This document shows, in pieces, positions 11,536 through 26,549 of a stretch of 39,099 nt of DNA. The notes beneath the pieces are model-generated. The model was not told the origin of the DNA. It did not search any database and was given only the letters and a program-made list of their open reading frames with translations. Where the stretch lies: contig CT868046.1 of NCBI GenBank assembly GCA_000165425.1, positions 186,001 through 225,099 of the forward strand, in the 5' to 3' direction. Made by a program: the position numbers and the translations under genes. Each line of letters opens with the position of its first letter. Position 1 is the first letter of the stretch. The stretch comes from Paramecium tetraurelia (lineage: Eukaryota).

Positions 11536-13592
11536 TGAATAAATAATAGATGAAACAAGAATCAATAATTAAAGTTAAAGGAATTAAAAGTAAACTCAAA
11601 TATTTACTTTTATGAAATAAACTTACAATGGTTTATGCTGTTATCGACACAACATTGAAGAATTCTATTCCGAATTCAGAATTTTTGATACCCTTGTTTT
11701 ATCTTTATTTCTATTAAAAATTTATAAATAAATATGATTAATTTGTTAATAATAACTTATAAGTTCGTAATTCGGTTAAGGCTGAAATACACCTGAATAT
11801 ATAGATATATTAAAAATAGTAATCTTTTATGTATTATAAAACTAAATTAATTAATTAGGTTTTGTCAGCCTTGAACTAAAGGTTTAGAATGATTGGTGCT
11901 AATTTTGGGCTGAAGAATTTCGATATTTTATATTTGCGATTGACAATTAAATTAAACAGTTTGTAGAATTTTTGTATAAGGAATGTAAATAAATTATTTT
12001 ATAGTTGATGTTTTTTAGACTTTCTCATAAAAATAAAATATAATGTGAAGAAATTTAACCCTCCTTAAAATATTGCTTTAACTATTTGGGAATAGATGCC
12101 TTAGATTAAAAATTATAAACTCTACAAAATTACTAAGTGTATTCGAAATTTTTTTGACATTATTGAAAATGCTGATGCCACAATAAAGAATAACTCTCCC
12201 ATGCCCGAAGCGCATCTTTTCTCCAACTTTTTGAATTTGATTCTTATAAAACAACCTATAATTCAATATCTGTAGTTATTTGGGGTATTTTATTTTAGCA
12301 ATTAAGGAATTTTTTTGATATTAGTGTGAATATTCAGTATATATAGACCAAAAAGGTTTTCTCAAAAGTTTCAAAATATTTTATCAGTCTTCCCTTTTGG
12401 GGTCTTTATCAACCATCTTTTTAAAGTATTTAAGTACTTAAGGATCCATTGTTTTAAAATTAATTGATTTTTTGAGAAGATTTCTTTCTAAATTAATTTC
12501 GTAACTTTATGTTTGTTACATTTTTATTTATCTTTAAATTGAATAAAATTTCAACCTAGTCAAACCAAAATGTATGTCTCTATCATCAGAAGTTTTTTCA
12601 TTCATTCTATTTGCCTTTAACAAATGCATTTATTCCCATATCAATTTCAAAACTTAACTATTTAAGATTACCTTTTTGTTTAATTTTATATTTTCCTAAC
12701 TACAGAATTGTCATTGTTATTATGATGCCATTAAACAATAATTCTCATTAAGAATCCATTCACAAAGCCATAGCCTAAGAGTATTCTGATAAATAGATAT
12801 GAATACAAGAGATTAAGAGACAACATGAGAGAATAAATCAAAAAAGAATAAATTAACAATGAAATAAATTAGAAAGAAAGAATTCATATAAATCATTAGA
12901 GTCCCAGGGTATTCATTATAAATAGATGGCATTTATTGGTGATTGATAATTCTTGAAAAATGAAAAATATTCGTCTAAGAACTTTTCAGGCTAAGAGACA
13001 AAAATTTATGAATCAATTTTTCACCTTAACAATTTTTAAAAGAAACAAGTTTAAATAAACCAAACTGATTGCGATTCTCAAAAATACCAAAACCTCACAT
13101 TATCCCATAGATTTAATATTAAGCGAATTCTATAAAAAAATATTGGAATTGTTAATCAATAATAATAACTTTAATTGATATTAAAATTTTAATATATTTT
13201 ACTAACAAAATTGAATACTTTAATAAAATATCAAAACAAAAATGTATATATTTTCTAGATTATAACATTTTTAACTTATTTTGTCATAATGAAAGAACTT
13301 AAAGATTATTTATTTATGATTATATATTAAATATTTTATACCAAAAAACAAACTACTGATAATATTTATATTAATTTTAATTTGAACCTAAAAGATTATT
13401 ATTATAATTAACATTTATAGTTATAAATTTTCAAAAAGTTGACATAAGTAATACAAATTAAACTATTGGTTTATTTTATATCGAAATACGAATAGTATAA
13501 TGATTGTAAATATAATAAGGAATATAAGATGAAAAATAACTTAAGGTTTGAATTGATAACTCAATGCTGAGTAACATAAATAAAATAGAAAT

Positions 13593-16500
13593 TCAAAAAT
13601 CAATTCCAACCAAAAATATTTGATCCAATTTATATTACTAAATAAAAAAATAGATAAATTATTTTAATGGATCTAATTGGTACATTTTTATTATTGAAGC
13701 AATATAAAAGTAAAGGAGAATTCTTAGAAATATTAAAATTAGGTCTAAAAATGCATAACTCAATATGATTGTGCAACCTATTAAGATTAGCATATTATAA
13801 TTAAACTCTGGGTTGCATTTATTTCTAAATAATTTTCTATTTTTACTTGATTTGATATATTAATAAACAATAAGATGAAAAATGGATTACTAAATACGAT
13901 ATTATTACAAAGGACTTGCACTTTCCTTTAAATCTATAAATGGCTTCAAATATCTTAAAGATCATTCTTAAAAACAACAATAGTAAATAATTAGTAATTA
14001 AAATAAAAGTAAATGTTTCTTTAACCATAAAATATGTTTCAAAAAAGGATAATGGAATTAAGATACTTAAAAAAATGGAGAGCTTAAGGAATTTATAACT
14101 TTTAGTAATTATTTGGTCTTCGCTGTAAAATAAGCAAATTATTTCATGAATAAACTAATAAGATGATTTTATTCTTACTTTTAGGGATTTTATATAAATT
14201 CTAAAAATGTTATGAAAGTTATAAAATCTAATGATCTTCTATTTTTAAATTGAATCAATAATTTTTTAAATTTCTAATTTTTGTAACTCATAATACATGA
14301 ATAATGAAAAGATTATGTAAATACCATGAAATAATAGAAAAGGTTAATTGTGTAAATCACAATTGGCATCATTTCTTTATGAAATGTTAGAAAATGAGAA
14401 AGTTTCTGTGGTATTTTCAGATTAAATTAATTATCTAGTTAAAAATATAATTCCCAAATATTAACATTGGCAAGATACCTAAATATATTATTTAAGATTA
14501 TTTTCCTAAATTAAAATGTTACACAAAAAGAGTGATCCATTATTAATGTACTAAACACATTAGAAATCATAAGCAGGTAAATTTGTTTCATTGCAGTAAA
14601 AGTGTTGAGTCATATCAATAGCATAGTTAGTATTTAGTTATTCATAATTAATATATTATTTTTTGTAAAGATAGTTTTATACTTTTGTTTTTGAATAAAA
14701 TTGTTGATCAATTTCCAATTAAGATGAATTCATAAATAATTTTAATTCTTATATATGCTTTTTCGAGATATTTAAATAATTGAAATGAATTTCCAACTGT
14801 TCTTTTTAGACAAATACTATCAAACTATCCATCAAATCGTTTTCAATATCTAATTATTAGTTAAAAATATTTTTGGTTATTTTGGCTATTTAATATTTTA
14901 ACTGTTAGCCGTTTAAAGTAAATTATTAACCATTTACTTCTACTTATGCACTTTCATGTATAGCAATATCATCGATTAAATGGAGTAATTTTTCTGTAAT
15001 TAAAATGATTTAATCTTGATCATTATCAGTTCTAAAGGAAATCTTAGATATTTTGGTAAACATATCATCAATCTATTGCATAATTGAGTCTAAGGAATTG
15101 GAAATGGATTATTTATATTGAAATAATAGTTCATTCATAAAAATTTCATCTTAATAGATTTGATTTTCTAAATTGGATTTTGCTAAGATCATTTTTCTTG
15201 CAAAATTTTATATTTTGTTAAATTCGTTTTTAACAGTTAGAATGTCATATGAGGTATCAATTTAAATTTTAGGATGGTTAAATAATATTCGTTTTGTGTT
15301 ATTATCATAACAACTTTTTTAGTCAATTTCAGCTAAGTTTCTTTTGGAGGAATTGAAATTGTTGAAATTAATTATAAATCTCTTATATAATTTTATTGTT
15401 TAAAGGGCCAATAATTAATCAAATAGATCTTCTGAATCAATAAGGCTCATTGCCTCTTTAAATAAATTTCCAGAAAATTAAAAACAATCAGATTATTCAT
15501 AATGGTTCATCAAAACTTCCAAAAGCAAAATAATTTGATGCTTATAATTTAATTTACTAATGACAAAATCAGAGCAATTTAATTTATATTCAGTAACATT
15601 CAAATAGGATTCAATATTTGTAATTGATCCTTTTGAATCCATAATCTAAATTAAAACAACTCCTTCGCTATTAGGCAAATATATTTCAAAAGCATTAGAT
15701 TATTAAAAACTATTAAGAATCAAAGAATAATCTGTTAGTTACTTTTAAAAATCCTTGTAGTCTTAAATATTTAAGAAGAATCTATATTAGTAGGTAAATG
15801 GGGAATCTTCTTATATTTCACAATTTGCTGCAATTTTTGATGTTTATAAGGCTTAAATGGTTTTTGAACCTAATCTAATTTAGCAAATAGGAGGCTAATT
15901 TAAATTTAATTATAAATCATACTGACTAGGTAGTATATCATTTGTAAATTAAGCTAAAAATTTTAAATTAAATTGGTTTCCTTTATTAAACTATTAATAA
16001 TGATCAAACAAACGAAAATAATAAGAATACTATTAAGGCTCAAGTATCTTCAAAACTTCAAAGTTATAAATTATAGCAATTTGATATTGTAACAAATACT
16101 ATCTATCTTCAAAAGATATATTAAAGTCAAATTGTAATGTTTCAAAACTATTAATTGGTCTAATTGTATAACCTTTACTATATGAAACATCAAGAGTTTT
16201 AAAATCATTCTCTAAAAAAACTATGTTATATTTAAAAAAATATTAACGCCCTTTTTTTGATGCAATAACATTCCAACCCCATATACTATATGGCTTGACA
16301 GTTTGTTTCGGAACAATTTGTACAAAATCGGTTTTATTTACTTAAAAGATTTTATTATTATTAGAATTTGTACAAAAAGTATTCTTTGTCAAATCAGCAC
16401 AGCTAATATCTATTTTAATTTCCGGATCTTCGTTCCATTGATATTAAGTATCAAGATCTTTGCAATAAATATTGATAATCAAGTCTTTTCTATAATTTTA

Positions 16501-19500
16501 AAGTCTTTTTGTGTCATAAAATGAGCATTGTAGACCTCCTTGAAGTACTTCAATTGTTATATTTTAGGAAGATGAAAAACTTGTTTGAGTTTCATAAACA
16601 GCCATTTTAAAAGTATATGCAGTGTAAGGTGATAATGTGTATTGTTCTATCTTCACTTCAAAATAATTATCACTTACGGTTTAAGACACATTTACTCTTG
16701 ATGGTCTAGAATTAGAATTATTTTTGTTGATTTCGACTAATTATACTTCATATTAAGATAAACCATTCTTAATTTCTTCTTAATCTGAACATACTTTTTT
16801 CTAAATTTTAAAAAACAGTGAAATTATTTCAAAGGTATACACCTATTTCTTTCCTTACCAAAGAATGGTTGGTAATTGTCCTGAATGAGTTTAAACAAGA
16901 ATTTGCTATTTTCCTTTTTATTTTATAAAATTTTGAAATTCAACAACAAAAGTTACTTGGGATTATTTTGGCAGAGTCTGTGATGGAATATTTAAATCCA
17001 ATTGTTATAGGTTAGTTTATTATAAAACAAAGTCTTCTAAATTAGACTTTCCATTTAATCCGTTTAGTAAGTAAGACCAAGTTATGCTTATCATACTTCG
17101 AAGACCATGTTGACTTTTTGACTTAATCAAAATAATATTATCATCACATGGATTAAGCAGATATTGAGGTATTTCATACTCGATTATGGGTTATATTAGA
17201 TTAATAGGAAGTTTTACTTGATTAAAAACAAATTATCCCAATTTTTTTGAGCAATCATTATGAACAATAGAGTAATTTAAAAATATAATTGAATCTCCTG
17301 GAAATATCGTAGGATTAGACCCTAATTCTAATATAATTTATTTCTCATCTTCCTCATCTAAGTAACAATTTGGATTATTTCCTAATTATTTAATTGTTTC
17401 ATCAGCTAGAAATTTCAAGCAAATATTCTCTTAATACTATGATGAGAAGTAATTACGATTTAAAGAAAAATCAAATAATATTTAGATTGAAAGTAAATCA
17501 TCAGAAAATCTAATATCTAAGACAGCAACTTCACAACCTATAAATAGTAATTATATTAATATACTTGAGCACCATATAGTATCAGTATGGTCAATTGAGT
17601 ACTAAGGGCAATCACAAGTTTTTTCATCTGATAACACTCTATTTCCATTGCATGTTAAACAACCCTCTAGATTGCATGTTCTACAATATTGGTCACATTT
17701 AAGGCAATTTAAACTTTGATAGTCATCATAAAACCCATCTTAACAATTGCAAACAGGAAGATTAGTTCGATCTCCTCTACAAAACAAGCAACGGGATTAG
17801 TTTCCGCTGCAAGTCATGCACTAAAAATTGCATTCTAAAGTATTATAAGTTGTTGTTACAAATGCAATCTTGTTATCCAGCTTCGAAATATCCTTCTAAA
17901 CAATCACATGATTTGTTTATTCTGTTACCTTTGCAGATAGTGCAATTTGATGGGATTTTCTCACATGTACTACATTTATTATCACAAGCTAAATAAATTT
18001 CAATATAATTACGTTCACAAGTCTAGTATTCAGTTATAAAAAAACCAATTTTGCAATTACAAGCAGGAGCTCCTTCTCTCAAATTGCCAAAGCATGTTTA
18101 ACAATTTGATGATGATTAGATGCAAGTCTTACATTAATAATTGCATCTCTAACATTAAAATTATATTCCGTCATCATAATATCCGTCTTTACAGTCACAA
18201 TTTTAGGTAATGGTTAATCTATTAGATGTATTCGATGCCTTGCAACTTATGCATTTATCAGCTTTCTAAATACAACCAGAACACTTAATATGGCACTCTA
18301 TAATTAGATTGATGATATACTTACTTTAACACACTTCATTTGAATCTTAAAAAAAATTGGTTTAACAAGGACATTTATGAATTGCGGATTAATCAATTCT
18401 ATTCATATTGACATCACAACTTGTACAATAATCACTTTTTCCTTAACAGGTTAAACAAGATTTTGAACATTCTAAGAATATAAATAGATATTTTTACATT
18501 CACAAATCAGTTATTCATTATCAAAATATCCAGATTTACATATACAGGTATTATTTTGTAATATTCTGATTTATTCAGTCTCATAGCAAGCCAAACATTA
18601 TGAGGATTAAGATTAGCAAGTCTTACATAAATCATTGCATTTTTGACACATTTCAATCCCTACGTCAAAGTAGCCATCATAGCAAAAACATTTGTTAGAA
18701 TTCTTAAGAATTCTAAAATACTGAGGTTCACATGTTAAGCATTTAGTTGATAAATTTATACATGTCCTACAAGTTAAATCACATTCTACATTTAATGTAA
18801 ATATTACATTAACAAGTTCTTTAATTGGTTTCATAAAATCCTTATTTGCATAGACATTAAAAATTATTTCCATCATAATATCTAGTAATAGGTTCACATT
18901 CAATGCATTATGATACATTTTGACATTCCTTACATGTTATATCACAAGCTAATATTAATATATAAAATGAATTACCTTCACATTTCTTAGTTGAAGTATT
19001 AAAATAATAATTAGATGAGCAAATGCATTAATTTTATTAGTTTAATTATAAGTACAATGCAGGATCACAAGATAAACAAAACTTAGAATTGCCTTAACAA
19101 GTGAGACAAGATTAATGACATTAAATACATTAAAAAAAGGAATCCTCAAAATATCCTTCCTTACAAATACATACATTTCCAAAACCAAATATTCTAAAAT
19201 TTTCTTCTGAACAAGTTAAACAATAATTTGCTTGATTAATACAGGTCTTACATTTTTGATCACATAGCAAACATTATTTATTGATCTCTATTTCATATGT
19301 GCCTTCAATGCATATGCAGATATTATTTTATAATTTTTTCATTATCTCACAAGATGTGCAATTAGTCAAAGTGCTTAAGCATGTTTTACAAGAGATATCG
19401 CAGTATTAACAAACTCCATTAATTTCAGTTGTGCCATTTTAGCATTAGCATTTTAGAGTCAAATTGTTTAAGACTCGTAATTATGATTAATCACAATCAG

Positions 19501-22500
19501 TACATGTAATAGCATTAATAATACAATTCATACAACTCTAATCACACTTAGAACATTTTTCTTGTCCAGATTCATAATAACCAGAATCACAATCACATTA
19601 ATTCCCATTCAAATGCCTTGTAAATGGACATGAAGTACAATAAATTGATTAGCTCTAACAAGTAGCACATTTAATAAAGCATTTCTTACAATTAACAGAT
19701 GATCCATCGTCATAATACCCGATTAAGCATTAACAAGATCCACCATTATAAACCCTAAAAGAAACATTCGAATCTACGCAGGTTGTGCATTGATTTGAAT
19801 CTTAACCCTAGCAATTAAAACAAGAATAATGACATTTTTCACAAACATCCACTCCCTTGTCATAATAATAATCATTGCAAAAACAAGAGTTTAGAATGCT
19901 GTTGAATTATCTTTTAGCTGTGGTTGAACAAGTGTCACATTTTGTATCTAATTGATAACAAGTCATACAAGAATAATGGCATTCTATAAATAACTTTAAT
20001 ATTTACTCTAGCAAATAATATTAATTCCATCACTGTAATAGCCTGATTGGCATTAACATTAGGATTGTTTTAAAACTCTTAAACTTTAAGGAGGACAAGA
20101 CAAGCATTAAGTATTTAAAACTGCACAGGTTAGGCAACTAAAATTGCATTCTATATAAACTCTAAATAGTACAAGAGCATTTAGCTATCCCTGTATCGAA
20201 GTAACCAGGCTAACAAATACAGGTTGTACCTGATAAAGTTCTCTTATCTTAGTCCCAACAAGAAATACAATCTGAAGAGAAACGTCCCTTGCAACTTAAA
20301 CAAGAATAATGACAAACTATTTTTTAAATTTAAATGACTACGTGAGCAAGTTGATAGATTTTAATATGTAGATACTGAAAAACCTTGAAGTTTAGTTTTG
20401 CATTAACAGGTGTTTCCATTTAAATATTTTTCTGGTTGACAAGAAGTACAATTGGTTGAGGAGGTAATACACTCAATACAAAGATTACTGCAAGCTGAAA
20501 ATAAATACTATTTTCATACCTTAACATTCTGTGACTCCGGAATCAAAATATTTTGAAGCACACTTACACTCACCCTAATTATTTAATTCTCTTCCAATAG
20601 ATGTATTGCAAGTTGTACATTAATTTGATTAATTTCCACTACATGTCAAACAAGTATTATGGCAAGCTAGATTGAATTCAAATATTTACCAGTGCATATT
20701 GGATTTTCAGGTTAATCAATGTATTATGATGGACAAGAGCAAGAGTTGTCTACTCCAAGATTCCGAAATGAAAAATCTGGACAAGCATCACAATGATTTA
20801 TTGTTCCACTACAGGAGGCACATCGATATGAGCATTCTAATAATTATGTATATTTGATTACTTATGCACATTTAGAATCCTATTTATTTTTCTAAGTACC
20901 CATCCATACATAAGCATAAATTTCCTTTAATTATTCTATTGTTTTGTATTGAACAAGTGATACAATTATTGATTTAAGAATCAAAACAGGTTCTACATGT
21001 GTAATGGCACTCTTATAATTATCATTATTTTTACTTTAACATAGTAATTGACCTACATCATAGTACTCATAAGGACAATCACATTTCGATTATATTAATT
21101 ATCTGTAATTCAAGTCACAAGTTAAGCAATTCGTGTTTTAACTTCCATAGCAAGTTTTACAAGAAAAATGGCATTTTAAGCATTCTAATTAAGATTAATC
21201 GCTATAATAGTCTGAATCCTTGCACAAGCATTAATATGTAGAACCGATTCTATCTGGTTATCTTGTTGAAGGACAACTTGTACATTAATCTGCTCCTGCA
21301 GTAAGACAGTTAACACATGAATGATGACAAGACACTAAATATTATTCTCTTTGTTACAATAGCAAAATACTTCGTTTCTCCCTGAATCGTAATAGGACGG
21401 GGAACATAAACATTTATTATCTGAAGTCAAATAACGGTGATCTTCAATAGAGCATTCAGTACAATTATTTGATAGCAGTCCATTACATCTAAGACAAGAA
21501 TAATGACATTCTTAGAATTAATTTTATAGATATACTAAAACAAATATCCTGAATTCCGTCTTCTCCATATCCACTTCTACAAATACATTTCACATCATCA
21601 GATACAATTCTATTTTGTCCTGCTATACACATTGTACAATATTAATTTGATGTATTGTCTGCTGGCAATTGGCATTTTTCACATCTTGTGTGACAGGCTA
21701 GATTTTGTATAGAATTCTTACGAAGACATAATGTTGACCCAGAATCTTAGATAATTTCAATTGTTCTTATGGCACAAATACATTTACCGTTAACTAACGA
21801 TTTGTGAAAAATATTTGGATCTCCACAATCAGTACAATCACTATCATATGGTCCAGAACAATTGTAACATGAAGGATAACATTCTAGAATATTATATTTT
21901 TGATTACATTGACAAATCCTATCCTCTAATCCTGTATCATAATATCCTTAATTACAAGGACAGGTATTCCCAATTAGTGTTCTATTTCTTAATGGATTAC
22001 ATGATGTGCAATCTCCAAATGTTAATGTACATGTTTAACAATCTCCAATGGTACATAAAACACATTTGTCATTCAATTTTGCATATCCTTCAATTTAATC
22101 ACAAACACATTAACCAGGAATAATTCTTGCGGTTAGTTTGTATTGATAAAAACAAGTTGTACAATAATTTGGATCTGTTACTAAACAGGTTTGACACGGC
22201 GAATTGCATCCAACCGTAGAAAGAGCACACTTTTTATCAGCAGTTAAATAGTGTGTTGCAAAACAACTTTTACATTCATTTGCATTATGACATATAAAGC
22301 ATTTCTCTAACCCTGGTTCATTTTAACAAGCTAATTAAAACTATATTATTACAAGAACATCGAGTTCCTTTTTTAAAATATCCAACATCGCATTATTTGC
22401 AATCTGTTTCAATGGGTTCTCCATTAGAATCATATATATAATCATATTGCATGCAATTTCTATCTTCAAAACATTAAGACATTTTTAAAGTATAAGGCCA

Positions 22501-23323
22501 CATACATTATGAGCATATTCCAGAAGAACAGACTTAACAATTGATTGGACATTCTATATTTTTTGATATCAATCATACAAACACATTATTAATCTAAAAA
22601 CTCGTAACCATCCATACATCCACTAAAAGAATAGATAGAATCTATATATTAACAGGTTTTATGACCTGGTTCACAGGCTTCAAATAATTATTATAGTTAC
22701 TTAATGTGCATTTTAGGTCATCGCTATCTAATGGAGACTAACCAGGTATACAACTGGCACATTATGTATTGGTTGCATCACACGTCTTACAATATTGACC
22801 ACAAACTTCAGATTACAATAATAAATACCTCTAGGAAATGGAGATGTAGCACAATTCTGGCCGTAATTGTAGCCACCACAATAAATGCATTTGTAAATAC
22901 CATTATACTTTTGTCCGATTAAACAACCATTACGATTCAACAGAGATACTCCTTCAGTTGTAAAAATTAAATTCCCGTTTGGATCATATGAGTATATCAT
23001 AACATATGGCCACCATCCTAGAAGTATATGAGTATCGTAATTCCAGTATAGGATATAACCTTTGATCTATGGATGGCATAGAACTTCATAATTATTTAAT
23101 ATAATCTGTCTGAGTTGATTAGTATTAGTACATTCCCTTGGAACACCTTAAATTATATAACTAAACTACCTGAACACGTATGGGGATAAATATCTGGCCA
23201 ATATTAATGATAGCCGGGACAAGATTTTTAAAATATCTCTTTATTGAATTCAGTTTGGAAAGATCTAAAGCTAAAACATACTTAGAATAGATGAATCATT
23301 ATTAATCTTGCAATGAAACCCAT
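13593..23323 (-). CDS. Giant surface receptor-like protein (~3000 aa): signal peptide, ~30 furin-like Cys-rich repeats, REJ-like region, GPS-like motif, ~5 TM helices; many introns
   Basis: Starts MGFIARLIMIHLFQVCFS (ATG 23323). CxxxCxxC...CxxC...CxCxxGYxD repeats span ~17560-22700 (count estimated by eye). REJ-type motifs LNQPPIC, EDSPFTYQY and IQIMDSKGS at ~15630-15910. QVSCQCQYLG at ~14450-14480. Hydrophobic segments in 13700-14345. Stop TGA at 13593-13595. Confidence 0.85.
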
Positions 23324-24839
23324 TAGAATCTCTTTTAGATGATTTTATTATTGAATTTTTTTAAATATAACTTAGAATTTATATCATATTTTAGAGTTGG
23401 AATTTCCATTATAGAATCCATTTTGAGAATGGCTCTATTTTACATTTTCTAAAAAAACTTAAATATAAAAATTCTGACTCATCGTTTTTATAAAAAGAGC
23501 TTCATTTTTCTAACAAATTTGAAAACATGGCCATTCTTCTAAAATAATTTTTCGTATTCACTCTCCTTTATTTTTTTAAGAATTTTACTTTTTTAATATT
23601 CTTAATTACCTTTGTATTCATAAAGGAATGACACAGCAAATTAGAAATCAATTTGAAATGCAAAATTGATTGTTAATCTTATCCATATTTAATTATTTGA
23701 TAAAATAAATTATCATTTAATACGAATTTGATTAAAAAATTTTTATTAAATTAAATCATATTTTAGAATAATTGAAGTTGTTTATTTAATAGAAGAAAAC
23801 GATTACAAAATATTTGTATTATAGTGGAGTTTTACTGTAAAATTGGATTCCAAAAAATAAAATTTTAAAACCAAGCTCGAACTTATTTATGTAACAAAAT
23901 TACAATATAGAGTTATTTTATATTTAATCTTAAGTTTGAACGACGTTTAACTTTATGAGAGAATTAAAGACATTTTATGAAATGTAAAAGAATTAACAAT
24001 TCACTTTTCGATAAGTATGAGATTTTAGTTTTACAATTTTACCTTTATATAAGGTAACTACTGAATTAGAATAAGATATATTAAAAAAAGGCTTAAATAA
24101 TGAAAGTAGTAATGTAGACTTAAAGTAGATAAGCTCTAATCGAAAAAATTCGCAGTTATGGAATCTGCAAATATTGGTGCATAATATATATTCAAAAAAA
24201 TTTTATATATAATAAATTAGATTAATTATTCTTGGTTATTATTCAATTTTCGTATTTAGAATTGCTAATTAAATAATCTTTCCTAGTATTTTAGTCAGAA
24301 ACTAATTATAATTCAGTTTAAAGATATTTATTTAGAGTGGAATGGAATTTTTTATAACTTATTTATCATTTTGAATTATAAGTTATTTCTACAGAAAAAA
24401 TTATCTTATTGTTTTAATTTTTACCAATATCCTTAAAGAAGAACTAAGTACATAAAATAATAACCCGATTGAGTTTAATAATGTTTAGACATTCATATCA
24501 AAGATAAATTATGAATTTATAGAAAAAGAGTTATTAAGAAAATCAAGTTTTATGACACAGAATTATGAATTATCCTTAAGTATTTAATTAAGTCACTTAA
24601 CTAATTGATATTTCAAGTGCGCCAAACTATTTTTATTGAATTTATTTATTAGTTTCAGAAACTCTTCCATACGTATTATATAATTTACATAAATAAAACT
24701 ATGAATTAGTATTAATTATATCTTTAATATCTCAGTATTCTATATTTATCCTTCCTGTCTATTGGTATCTTGCTCCTCAAGATCTTCAATGTAAATCAAT
24801 TTAACATGAAAATAAACTAAACCATATTTGAATTTTATT

Positions 24840-25400
24840 TGATTCAGGAGGAGATTCATCGATTAAATTTGGATAAAAAAATAAGTAGATATATTTAATA
24901 ACTTTTTTTTAAGCCAGATAGTATAAAAACAATTGAGACTTCTTAGACAAACTAGAGAAACAGATTATTTGTAAGTTATTGAAATATAAAATAAGAATAC
25001 AGAATCTATTGCTTAAAGAAACATTTCATTGATTAAATGCATCTGTCAATAAATGAAAAGAAAGTTACAGTATTTAATTTGAATTAACTCGAATTGGATA
25101 AATAAATTTATTCATAGATGTTGGATAATATGATTATGAAATGAAAAAAGGAAAGTTGAATGTTAATCTTAAATAATAATAATATTTTTTACTTTTTAGG
25201 ATATTAAAGCAACTGTTATTATAAAATTCAAAATTAGTTATATATAAATATTATATTAGAGAGTGAGGAAAATTGGGGATGATGAAGCATCATAATTCAA
25301 TCATTAAGAGTGTACATTTTACTTTATTATAAATTAGAGCCGGTGATTATTAAGATGGATTTTAAAATATAAGTGGATTGAAGGGATAAACATAAATTAA
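24840..25400 (+). pseudogene. Highly decayed GGGxY/KxGxW (MORN-variant) repeat gene fragments
   Basis: Isolated units VGQYDYEMKKGKLNV and GDYQDGFQN with intron-like spacers, interrupted by TGAs and frameshifts. Confidence 0.4.
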
Positions 25401-25499
25401 TATAAATTAATACTTACAAACACTAAATTGGAATCATTTACTAAACCATAAACCAGAATCTGATAAATGAAAATATTTTTCATCTTAATAATTCTTAGA

Positions 25500-26280
25500 T
25501 TTCCATATAAATTCTAGATAAAATGATTTTTTATTATCATGAACTATTTCCTAATCAATACTTAAAGCGCTAGCTATCCATCATGACAACACTAATACTA
25601 TTGCTGCAGCTGAATCCAAAATAAAATTGATATAGATTATCTACCTTTTCTTTCAAAATCAGAAGCCTATCCTACTACAAGAATAACTAAAAAGGCAAAC
25701 GTTAGCATGCATAAATTTTTTCAAAAACTCAAGTGATGAAAATTTCCTTTATATCAGGTTTGGAGATATTAAAAGGAATAGAAATTTCATCTTATGTAGA
25801 ATTTTACTTACCTCTACTCATTATCACTAAGGCTTATTATGAGAAAATAAAATTTTGATTTTCTCCTCAACTCATGAATATATCCATAGAGCATTGAAGT
25901 ATATACATCTAAAATTTTCGTATTATCAATTAATCAATAGGGTATGAAATTAATATCTTATAGTAATGATTTTAACTCTTAGGGATGGAAGGTTCTAATA
26001 AATTTTAATGGAATATATAAGATAAAATGGGGATATCGATTATCTTTTATCAATATGCACTTCATTGGATAAGTGCACATTCATATTTATATTTTCCCAT
26101 CTCTAAAAAAGAATAGTTTTAAATTCAAAACTATATTAGTTTAAAGGAAGGTGCTTGATAATGCATAAGCCTTATTTTCCTTAGCAAGACATTGCTTCGC
26201 TTCAATTAACATCTGACTCTCTAAAAAAATGGTCATTAAAATCATATCTTCATCTTGAAATCTGATGTGGAATGAATAGG
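25500..26280 (+). pseudogene. Decayed Paramecium-type WD40-repeat gene
   Basis: Fragments ALAIHHDNTNTIAAAESKIKLI, VLSINQQGMKLISYSND, WGYRLSFIN, HIHIY and KNGH occur in the order typical of the expanded Paramecium WD40 family. Frameshifts and stops present. Confidence 0.6.
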
Positions 26281-26549
26281 CAATCAATTTAGTACTGTCT
26301 GATAGAAATACAAGTTATAAATTGACAATTGAAGCCAGAATTTAAACTAACTCAAATATTGTATTCAACTCTTTTCAAGGCAGCTACTTCATCACCTTTT
26401 GAATAATCATTTTTTCATATTATTTGTATTAATTACAATTAACTATCTCCGAGCTGTAATTTTAATCGACAATACAATAAATACTTATGCAACAATGAGT
26501 GGTAATATTGCTATCTTTGGATTAAAAACATAACAGAGCTCTTGTAGTC

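Noticed and set aside
12370..12650. Kinase-like fragment KKMVDKDPKR on the minus strand
   Set aside because: A single short motif with no convincing accompanying kinase subdomains.
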